A stretch of 9,032 nucleotides of DNA from Octopus sinensis (taxonomy: Eukaryota). Each line of letters starts with the position of its first letter. Position 1 is the stretch's first letter. The position numbers and the translations under genes are program-made. Below are positions 1 to 7,866 of this stretch, in pieces. The notes under the pieces are model-generated. The model ran no database searches. It was not told the DNA's origin and worked only from the letters and a program-made list of their open reading frames with translations. The stretch covers positions 1 through 9,032 of the forward strand of contig NW_021828244.1 of assembly GCF_006345805.1 (NCBI RefSeq). The letters are read 5' to 3'.

Positions 1-246
1 GAGGTTATTTTGCCTTTTATCATCGCAGAGTCGATAAATACTGTCCTAGCCCACGGGAATAGATTAGAAGAATTGCTAGTACGTTGGAAGATTACTTTGA
101 GATATCTGTCTTGCATATAGCGCTTTTATGGGAACACCAGCAATGGCACTGGTGCTCGGTTATATTGGGCTTAGATTCCAGTGAACAGCATCGGTAGCTT
201 AGAGAGGGGAGATTTCATTGCATAGAAAACCACTATAGTGAGGAAA

Positions 247-644
247 TCTTTATATATAAAAGAGAGGTTGTGTGCTGTCTGTCTCCTACGATTTAGATTC
301 CTAACTACTCCCACATTTTGCGGTGCAGTTTAACCAAAACCGGGTATCTTATAGTCGTGATTCATATCAAGCCCTTCTGGGTACTAGCGCGCGTCTACGA
401 TGAGTCTACGATTTAAAAAAAATTTACCATCAATTTTTCACATTTTTAATGCATTTTTGGCATATATAAGGGAAGTAACTCTCTAAAAATTTATTATTAA
501 ATCTCAGAACGTAAAAAGCTACAGTAACACCCACCCCCCTTTGTGGTTAGCCATATTGAGATGGCTATTATACTTGACAACTCTAAAAATGCTCATATAG
601 TTATTTCCCTTACAAACCCGAGCAACGCCAGGCGATACTGTTAG
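247..644 (+). mobile_element. Non-autonomous Helitron (~400 bp)
   Basis: 5' end A|TCTTTATATATAAAA (TC at 247). Subterminal GC-rich hairpin CCCGAGCAACGCCAGG (617-632) followed 8 nt later by TTAG|T (641-644, one mismatch from CTAG). Sits between A and T with no TSD, and has no ORF. Confidence 0.75.
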
Positions 645-665
645 TTTACAATAAAGATCGTTAAC

Positions 666-790
666 ATACACTCACGTGCACACACACACACACAAACACA
701 TACACGCACGCACGCACACAATCATAAACAGACTTAGAAACAAACACATACACGTACATATAAATTTATGAATGTATGTATATATATATT
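666..790. repeat. Compound (CA)n/(CACG)n/(TA)n microsatellite region
   Basis: Directly visible dinucleotide and tetranucleotide runs. Confidence 0.85.
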
Positions 791-995
791 AAGTTAATCC
801 AAACATGAAAACACAAAGAGAAAACACAACAACGCGAGGACGTGGAAAAAATATAGTATTATTGGACGCTCAGGAAGGAAGGAAGAAGGAGGGTTTTACG
901 TTTCGAGCGGAGCTCTTCGTCAGAAACATAGGAAAAGGAAAGATCCAGAGAAGGGAAGACGGAGGAAAAAAAATCGCCAACGGTACACACGCGGT
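791..995 (-). mobile_element. Penelope-like pseudo-LTR or non-autonomous derivative carrying a hammerhead
   Basis: Pyrimidine-rich minus strand with a minimal hammerhead, the type known from Penelope-like element pLTRs. Shares GAAGAGC..GCTCGAAACGT and TTCCYGAGCGTC with 5681-5855. Boundaries are approximate. Confidence 0.6.
893..927 (-). ncRNA. Minimal type I hammerhead ribozyme (HHR1)
   Basis: Minus strand reads GUUU-CUGACGA-A-GAGC(UCC)GCUC-GAAA-CGUA-AAAC. Intact CUGANGA and GAAA cores, 4-bp stem II, 4-bp stem I, palindromic ACGU in place of stem III. Predicted cleavage after GUA (897). Confidence 0.8.
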
Positions 996-1041
996 ATAAG
1001 CGTGAGTCCGTATGAAGACCTTTCATTATTTAAGAAATCTT

Positions 1042-1190
1042 ACTTTATTTACATTTACAGTTGACGGATATATGTCCTTATCTTGTTTGTTGTCAACACA
1101 ACGTTTCGGCTGATATACCCTCCAGCCTTCATCAGGTGTCTTGGGGAATTTTCGAACCTGGGTTCTCATTCCTAAGGTATTTTTCGATGT
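1042..1190 (-). mobile_element. 3' part of a short retroposon (SINE-like) carrying a hammerhead
   Basis: On the minus strand: (TAA)n, then a B-box-like GGTTCGAAA (1150-1158), then the hammerhead, then an A-rich end near 1042-1055. No 5' head is visible in the window. Confidence 0.55.
1095..1140 (-). ncRNA. Minimal type I hammerhead ribozyme (HHR2)
   Basis: Minus strand reads GACAC-CUGAUGA-A-GGCUG(GAGGGUAUAU)CAGCC-GAAA-CGUU-GUGUU. Perfect core, 5-bp stem II, 5-bp stem I (one G-U), palindromic AACGUU. Predicted cleavage after GUU (1100). Confidence 0.85.
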
Positions 1191-1212
1191 TATTATTATT
1201 ATGTATCAAGGC

Positions 1213-1245
<33 letters not shown>

Positions 1246-1255
1246 GTATCAAGCA

Positions 1256-1313
<58 letters not shown>

Positions 1314-1384
1314 TATTATTATTAATATTATTATTATTATTCTTATATTATATTATTATTATTATTATTATATTATTATTGTTG

Positions 1385-1420
<36 letters not shown>

Positions 1421-1474
1421 GTTATTATTATTATTATTATTATATTATTATTATTATTAATATTATTATATTAA

Positions 1475-1519
<45 letters not shown>

Positions 1520-1552
1520 TATTATTTCTTATTATTATTATTATTATTTATT
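1190..1552. repeat. Long imperfect (TTA/TAA)n microsatellite
   Basis: About 360 bp of TTA units with interruptions, abutting the 3' end of the LINE. Confidence 0.97.
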
Positions 1553-1767
1553 AGTCTCTTTCCATTTCTTGCTGCCGAATGTCTTCCTGACACTTAGAGC
1601 ACATACTGTACATACACATTGGTAGGCCATTAAAACAAACACACCATATTGTTCGTTTACAGAGTCATGTGACAGAGAAAATGTGGGAAGGCAGAGAGAA
1701 AAAGGAAAAAAAATGAAAAATAGAAGGGTATACAGATAAAATGAAGAAGGAAAAAAGGAAAGAAAAT

Positions 1768-4383
1768 TCACAGCGACAATGTTCTTCTCAATACGTGTGA
1801 CGTACTAGACAATCTTTTGCACTTCCTGCATGGATGGAAGTTAGACAAATTTCAGTTCCTTTTTTGATAATTCCAAGTGCTCCTACAATCACTGGTATTG
1901 TAACTGTTTTGAGATGCCACATCATTTCGATTTCCATTAGAAGATCTTTATATTCTCTCAGTTTATCAAATTCTTTTGCCGAGATATTATGGTCACAGGC
2001 TCTGCTCATGTCAATCAATTAGCAGACATTGTTGTTTTTGTCTTTTTCAATTGTTCGAGCGCATTTTGCTTTGCTATTTATCTCACCTTCTTTGCAACTA
2101 CAGTTGCTGCACTTCCCTCATGCTGTTCAACCTGGGTATTATGCATAAACTCACTTGAAAATTATTTGCTCTCCTTCATAACAGAACGAAGCTTCTTACG
2201 TCTTTCATGGTTTTTAACGATCTTTAGTATCCAATAGTTAGATTTGCAAGATAATTTGCCAGTCCAATTGTGGTGGTTTTGTAGGAGATTTCAAATTGGA
2301 TAAAGACGACCTGCGTCTGTGGTGGTGCATCTTATTGTAAGTCAGCAGCTTACGGATTTTCCTGTCAATCTTCCTTATTTTGTTCATATTCCAGTTCAAC
2401 ACATTGAAACTGTAAATAACAACAGGAGCTGCTACCGAATTTATAGCTAACACCTTGTTACGTGCATTTAACTCGGATATTAGGACTGCTTGAACTCTTC
2501 TGTAACACTCCCTCCTGATCTTCTCTTTCATACTTGCATGTTGAATGCCAGAGTCCTCATTCATTCCGAGGTATTTGTAAGTTTGCTCCTGCTCGAGTTC
2601 TTTTACGACTGTGTCAACATCCAACACCACTGATCATGCGGTCTCCAGTTTCCTTTTCTGGAAAGTGACCAAATTCCATCCCAAGACCAAATTCTATCCC
2701 AAGACCAAATTCTATCCCAATGTCATTACCGAATGCTTTCACAGTACGTAGTAGTCCTTCAAGCTCATTATCGTCTTTGCCATAAGAGTTTTAAGTCATC
2801 CATATAAAATAGATTACTTATTTTCACGTCGCCAATTTTATATCCATACCCTATTCTGTTGAGTTCACTTATTAGGAGTATTAAGACTATGCAGAAAATT
2901 AAAGGTGAAAGTGAGTCACCTTAGAAAATGCCGCCGTTGATACTAATATTTTCTGTGGTCAGTACTCCATTAGAGTGGTATAATTGGGGATTTGTATTCC
3001 ACATTGACATATTGTGCTTCAGGAAGCTTAAAATCACAGGAGAAATTTTGAAGATATCCATCGATTTCTAGATCCATGAATGCGGTATGCTGTCGAAGGC
3101 CTTTTTATAATCAATCCATGCAGAACTGAGATTTCTGCGTTTGATATGATAGTTCTCAAGGATCGTGCGATTGATTAAGAATTAGTCTATTTATCCATAT
3201 GAACTTCGTCGGCACCTTTTTCTTTTTTTTCAGTGGGGAAAATATCGTTCTGTTCCATAAATTTGTATGTTTTCTCCACGAGGATGGATGTTAAAATTTT
3301 ATACGTGGTAGATAGACATGTTATGGGCCGTTAGTTCGGGGGGGAAAGTTGGTTTCATTATTCTTCGGGGGTAGGGATATAATACCTCTTGCTAACCAAT
3401 CGGGTGTTTTCGCAAGATCGCTCATAATTTCATTGAATAACTAGACTAACTTTTCGTGTGCGCACGGGAACGAGGTAAGCCAGAAATTTGGCATCCTATC
3501 ATTACTAGGAGATTTCCACTTATGAGCCTTCATGAGTGCCATCCGTAGGTCTGCTTTTGTGATGTCTTCTCCTGCTTGTTCTGGTAAGTTTTGGTAGGAT
3601 CCTTCTGTGTGTCTAATCCAGTCCGCATTTTCATTGTAAGTCTTTTCATTATTACAGATATTTTCCCCAGAAGTTTTCAACTTTTTCCATGGCAGTGGGG
3701 CGGGGGGTCTTCAATGATTATTTTCTCCTTCCCTATTTCTCTGTAGAATGTTTTCGCTTTGGATGCGAACAGCGGATTTTGTTTGTAAAATTTGCTTCTT
3801 CTAAAATCTTCGTATTTTTTTAGATTTTGCTTAGACTTTTTGTTGCAGTGTTTCTTTTGATGAAAGCAGTTATTCTCTTGGTGAGAATCTATGGTTTCTC
3901 TTCATCTTTCTTCCTCTTCTGTTTTTTACATTGTTTCCACATGTGAGTTCATTCAATATTGATATTTCACCTCTCATTATTTCAATATCTTTTTCAATTT
4001 TACTTTCCTGTCTAGAATCTTTCTCAGATTTTTATTTCTTTCTCTTATCAGAGGCATACAACTGGTTTCAATTGTCTTAGCAGCTGCGTAAATAATTTCC
4101 TTTAATTCAATGACGTCTGGTTTTAGTTCTTGTATAATTTCCTTTGTTACATAGTTTCCAGCTTTAATTTGTTTTAATTTTGGATTGTATTTGAGAGTTT
4201 ATGAAGTAGTTCTCTATCATGCATATCAGTGCGTCTTACAACTGCAAGCTCATTCAGGATTTTCTGCTTCAGTTCTGTCATAGACTTTCTGGGTTCTTCA
4301 GTAAATGCGTAGTCTTCAAATATTGTTTCTTTACCACCTTCCTCTGTATCTTCTTCAAGTTCGCTACAATTTATGTCTCCAGA

Positions 4384-4386
<3 letters not shown>
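1768..4386 (-). pseudogene. Disrupted RT / restriction-like endonuclease ORF
   Basis: Minus-strand motifs in canonical order: IIYAAAK (~4080), KWKSPSNDRMPNFWL (~3480-3525), N*RPITCLSTTYKILTSI (~3283-3336), WIDYKKAFDSIPHSWI (~3071-3118), GIF*GDSLSPL (2900-2932), YMDD (2795-2806), GMEFG (~2670), YKYLG (~2570), LNARNKVLAINSVAAPVVIYSF, LIDMS..EFDKLREYKDL..IPVIVGALG (RLE), and HVLRRTLSL* with the stop at 1768-1770. Many stops, frameshifts and deletions. Confidence 0.92.
2667..2720. repeat. 3 x 18-bp tandem repeat inside RT
   Basis: GACCAAATTCCATCCCAA, GACCAAATTCTATCCCAA, GACCAAATTCTATCCCAA. The minus strand encodes GIEFGL-GIEFGL-GMEFG. Confidence 0.95.
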
Positions 4387-4454
<68 letters not shown>

Positions 4455-4464
4455 CATTGTTATT
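4386..4464. repeat. (TTA/TAA)n microsatellite
   Basis: TTA run abutting the 5' end of the LINE. Confidence 0.97.
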
Positions 4465-4467
4465 GAA

Positions 4468-4698
4468 AGCGTCGAGTTGACAGAGTAGTGATCACGACGG
4501 GCGAAGTACTTAGCAGAATTTCATCAGTCTTTACGTTCTGCATTCAAATTCCACCGAGGTCGACTTTGCCTTTCTTCCTTTGGGGGTCGATGAAATAAGT
4601 ACCAGGTGAGTATTGGCGTCGATGTATTCGACTCATCCCCTCGCCCGAAATTTCTGGCCTTGTGCTAAAATTTTTAAATCATTATTATTATCATTATT
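4468..4698 (+). mobile_element. tRNA-derived SINE family A, older diverged copy, tail type II
   Basis: Aligns by eye to 7867-8031 (head; TACGTTCTGCATTCAAATTCCACCGAGGTCGACTTTGCCTTTC; GTCGA-N5-TCGAC). Tail CCCCTCGCCCGAAATTTCTGGCCTTGTG followed by (ATT)n. Confidence 0.88.
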
Positions 4699-5163
4699 GA
4701 GTGAGAGAGCAGCACATGCCATCAAAGTGACACTCGAGTACAATTATACGAAGCCCATTACACCCATCATGGCTACCCGTATGATAAGGACACACCAAGC
4801 ACATACATCACAACCATATGTGCGCGACATGGTGATCTCATATCAAGATATACAGAGCATGACCCTGCAGGTGGGGCCCGGTTAGAATTTTCTTCATGTC
4901 GAGTAGCCCACCCCACCTTTCAACACATGGCTATAATGCTGCCCTCCCCCCACTACTCCTGCTCGTGATCAGAAATGCACATATCGTCAGCCACTAAGAG
5001 ACATACTTAACTGGTTAAGATCAAACAATTGACAAACAAATCTGTGATATTGAGAAGAATATTTGCGGTAGCCCATATTTTATACCAAGACAAAGCGTGT
5101 GCATGATAACACTTCCAGTCAGTTAAGATTGGAAGCCATGAGATCCAGTGCCTGATAATGCAC
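4699..5163. mobile_element. Unclassified non-coding interspersed repeat adjoining (ATT)n
   Basis: Starts sharply after an (ATT)n tract with GAGTGAGAGAGCAG and is more GC-rich than its flanks. I recall it as an abundant octopus repeat, but it is single-copy in this window, so this is unverified. Confidence 0.5.
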
Positions 5164-5310
5164 TACATTCTGAGTTCAAATCTCGTCGATGTCGACTTTG
5201 CCTTTCATCTTTTCGAGGTCGATAAATGAAGTACCAGTTGAACACCGGGGTCGATGTAATCGACTATGTCCTCCCCCAATTTTCAGGCCTTGTGCCTATA
5301 GTAGAAAGTA
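5164..5310 (+). mobile_element. 5'-truncated SINE family A, tail type II
   Basis: Begins at TACATTCTGAGTTCAAAT (B box), followed by the core GTCGACTTTGCCTTTCATC..GTCGATAAATGAAGTACCAG and tail TCCCCCAATTTTCAGGCCTTGTGCCTATAGTAGAAA. Confidence 0.9.
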
Positions 5311-5311
5311 C

Positions 5312-5382
5312 TGTTGTTGTTCGTGTTGGTGGTGGTGGTGGTGGTGTGTGGGGTGACGGTAGTAGTAGTAGTAGTAGTAGTA

Positions 5383-5414
<32 letters not shown>

Positions 5415-5433
5415 TAGTAGTAGTAGTAGTAGT
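5312..5433. repeat. Compound (GTT)n-(GGT)n-(AGT)n microsatellite
   Basis: Directly visible at the SINE 3' end. Confidence 0.95.
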
Positions 5434-5614
5434 GGGACTGCGTAAGGCATATATTATGCCTACTGGTTTATACCTTGGATTTACAAAGCGCTCCGTAACC
5501 AATATATCTTCGGTTATCTGAGTACTACGCTAGCCATGTTTCTAACTGAATTGCTGATAAGGCGATATCCAGGATTATGATTGTCCTCTCATTTATTTTA
5601 GTATATATACTACG

Positions 5615-5683
5615 TACGACAGGCTTTTTTCTGGTCTCGCTCGTCTACCAAATCCATTCACAAGACTTTGTTCGAACCAAGAT
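5615..5683 (-). mobile_element. Fragment of SINE family B
   Basis: CGTCTACCAAATCCATTCACAAGACTTTG is the near reverse complement of CAAAGCCTTGTGAGTGGATTTGGTAGACG at ~8623-8651. Confidence 0.85.
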
Positions 5684-5855
5684 CGCTAGCCACTACACAC
5701 ATTTTTTCCTCTCCGTGTTTCTTTCTGTGTTCCTTTCTGTGGAAGAGCTTAGGCTCGAAACGTTAAAGACTTTTCAATTCCCGAGCGTCTGTTTGTTTCT
5801 ACACCCCCTGCCTTCGTCTTTTGTTGTTCTTGTTTTTTTTTGTAAATTTTCTCTA
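5681..5855 (+). mobile_element. Penelope-like pLTR-type repeat with a variant hammerhead
   Basis: Same layout and shared motifs as the reverse complement of 791-995. Boundaries are approximate. Confidence 0.6.
5733..5768 (+). ncRNA. Minimal hammerhead-like motif with a variant core (HHR3)
   Basis: CUUU-CUGUGGA-A-GAGC(UUAG)GCUC-GAAA-CGUU-AAAG. All stems are intact, but the core is CUGUGGA (A6 to U) rather than CUGANGA. Confidence 0.65.
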
Positions 5856-5866
5856 GTAATACACAC

Positions 5867-5966
5867 TTGCTCAATATGCTGTGTACGCATAATTGCACAG
5901 ATGTCTATTGAGTTGTTCTGGTTTCTATTCTCAACTGTCGCCAGTGCATTCGTATCTTCATTGCAC
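5867..5966 (-). CDS. Candidate 100-nt internal exon of an unidentified host gene
   Basis: Acceptor GTTCTTTCAG|G and donor CAA|GTGTGT. Exactly one open frame (CNEDTNALATVENRNQNNSIDICAIMRTQHIEQ), in non-repetitive sequence. No protein family recognised. Confidence 0.3.
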
Positions 5967-5974
5967 CTGAAAGA

Positions 5975-5986
5975 ACACACACACAC

Positions 5987-6040
<54 letters not shown>

Positions 6041-6047
6041 CACACAT
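5975..6047. repeat. (CA)n microsatellite
   Basis: Directly visible. Confidence 0.97.
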
Positions 6048-6504
6048 GTATATATAAACATTTATATATGTTGTTCAAATCACACCCTGTCTTCTTGAAA
6101 ATAATGAAGGGCATATTGGAGAATATATTCCTAGATACAGTGCTTCTCGAAGAAAATAAGATGTGACTCGTATCGTTAGAATGCCGACGATCAATGATCA
6201 GATTTGACCTGGAATTACGCAAAACTAATAACAAGCACAAGCCAATACGCGAGTCTTCATGGAGCAATCTGACATAGCAACCAAATCTCTCCCCATATGG
6301 TATACTAGCGTCCTCGAAAAGTAACAGATTGAACATTGAGGTAGACAATTACTGAACCTGGTAAAAAGACTGGATGACCCCGCCTGGAATACTTTTTATC
6401 GTAGATGCATACCATCAGAGCTCATCTGAGTCTAAGCTACCTCTTTAGCTTATCAGCATCTGTGTATTTTGTTTGCTCTCTTTCTTTTATTACTAAGTGT
6501 AAAT

Positions 6505-7133
6505 CATGAAAGCATAATCTATTTCTTTACTACCCACAAGGGGCTAAACACAGAGAGGACAAACAAGGACAGACAAACGGATTAAGTCGATTACATCGAC
6601 CCCAGTGCGTAACTGGTACTTAATTATCGACCCCGAAAGGATGAAAGCAAAAGTCGACCTCGTCGGATTTGGACTCAGAACGTAACGGCAGACGAAATAC
6701 TTATTTCTTTACTACCACAAGGGGCTAAACACAGGAGGACAAACAAGGACGACAAACGGATTAAGTCGATTACATCGACCCCAGTGAGTAACTGGTACTT
6801 AATTTATCGACCCCGAAAGGATGAAAGGCAAAGTCGACCTCGGCGGAATTTGGACTTAGAACGTAGCGGCAGACGAAATACCTATTTCTTTACTACCCAC
6901 CAGGGGCTAAACACAGAGGGGACAAACAAGGACAGACAAACGGATTAAGTCGATTACATCGACCCCAGTGCGTAACTGGTACTTAATTTATCGACCCCGA
7001 AAGGATGAAAGGCAAAGTCGACCTCGGTGGAATTTGAACTCAGTACGTAGCGGCAGACGAAATACCGCTTAGCAACTCGCCCGGCGTGCTAACGTTTCTG
7101 CCAGCTCGCCGCCTTACATGAAAGCATAATCTA
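6505..7133. other. 17-bp target site duplication CATGAAAGCATAATCTA
   Basis: Identical copies at 6505-6521 and 7117-7133 bracket the SINE trimer. Confidence 0.95.
6520..7116 (-). mobile_element. Tandem trimer of SINE family A, tail type I
   Basis: One full unit at 6882-7116 (A box TGGCAGAAACG, B box GAGTTCAAATT), plus two ~181-bp headless units at 6701-6881 and 6520-6700 that both start at GTATTTCGTCTGCC. Confidence 0.95.
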
Positions 7134-7646
7134 CGAAACAATTCCTGCATCTAGTCATTTAGTGAGAAAATTGAGCAGATGGTTTACCTTATATTAATGT
7201 CGGTAAGTCAAAGTCATTTGCATATTAATACCTTAATATATAAATATAATAAATTCAGCCCCGAGTAATTTTAGAAGTAGTTAACATATCCTTTTGGCGC
7301 CAATGAAACCATTTATTTGTTACTCTTGGTGGTAGCTGTCGTCGAAATGTAACGTATAAGGTGAGTCTATTGTGTATCTGGTTCATGCACTTTAACTCAT
7401 ATCGCTGTTCTCGCTGTTGTTGATCAGATTTTTATGGTTGAAATATGTGTAGCTGCTAGTAGAATTGTTGTTGTAAGCATTTTATGGAATTTGGATTAGC
7501 TAAAATATTGTAACGCTGAAATAATATAGTACTTGGGGTATTCATTTATTATGAAATATGTTTGTACTTTGACTAAGTATTCAATAAGAATACTCTTGCT
7601 GATGAAGTGCGTTACCTCCCTATGTTTATAGTGAACATACTTCCAT

Positions 7647-7738
7647 CTATATGTGTATGTGTGTGAGTGTGTGTGAGTGTGTGAGTGTGTGTGAGTGTGT
7701 GAGTGTGTGTATGTATGTGTTAATGTATGTGTAAGTAC

Positions 7739-7778
<40 letters not shown>

Positions 7779-7783
7779 GTGTG

Positions 7784-7814
<31 letters not shown>

Positions 7815-7857
7815 TGTGTGTGTGTGTGTGTGTGTGTTGTGTGTGGTGTGTGTGTGT
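7647..7857. repeat. Compound (GT)n/(GAGTGT)n/(TA)n/(GT)n microsatellite
   Basis: Directly visible. Confidence 0.97.
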
Positions 7858-7866
7858 ACGTACGAG

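Larger units (their letters stand above)
1553..4386 (-). mobile_element. R4/Dong-clade non-LTR retrotransposon (RLE type), probably 5'-truncated, decayed
   Basis: Single ancestral ORF with RT then C-terminal restriction-like endonuclease, a ~215-bp 3' UTR (1553-1767), and (TAA)n on both flanks. Confidence 0.92.

Noticed and set aside
5-40. Degenerate SINE A core (TTTGCCTTTTATC..GTCGATAAA)
   Set aside because: Too short and at the window edge to annotate confidently.
805-999. 64-aa ORF
   Set aside because: Purine-rich antisense strand of the hammerhead-bearing repeat; no domain recognised.
893-1140. HHR1-HHR2 intramolecular heterodimer
   Set aside because: A double hammerhead swaps stem I strands, and GUUU/GUGUU and GACAC/AAAC do not pair.
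1061-1554. Poly-I/Y/L ORFs (also 4219-4488, 5226-5502)
   Set aside because: Translations of triplet microsatellites.
1834-2237. Plus-strand ORFs
   Set aside because: Antisense shadows of the LINE ORF.
4613-4885. 90-aa ORF
   Set aside because: Runs across a SINE, its tail and another repeat; no recognisable motif.
5445-5461. Hairpin AGGCATA-TAT-TATGCCT
   Set aside because: A 7-bp stem is expected by chance and has no supporting context.
5577-6348. 173-aa, 95-aa and 147-aa ORFs as genes; weak PNLSPY similarity to Tc1/mariner
   Set aside because: Inflated by (CA)n and repeats, with no other transposase motifs. Only 5867-5966 is kept as a low-confidence exon.
6520-7116. Retrozyme, CRISPR or satellite interpretation of the 181-bp tandem
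   Set aside because: I found no CUGANGA hammerhead core on either strand and no spacers; the units are SINE bodies.
7336-7366. Strong donor AAG|GTGAGT and a possible micro-exon
   Set aside because: Acceptor is weak and no recognisable peptide; needs RNA-seq.
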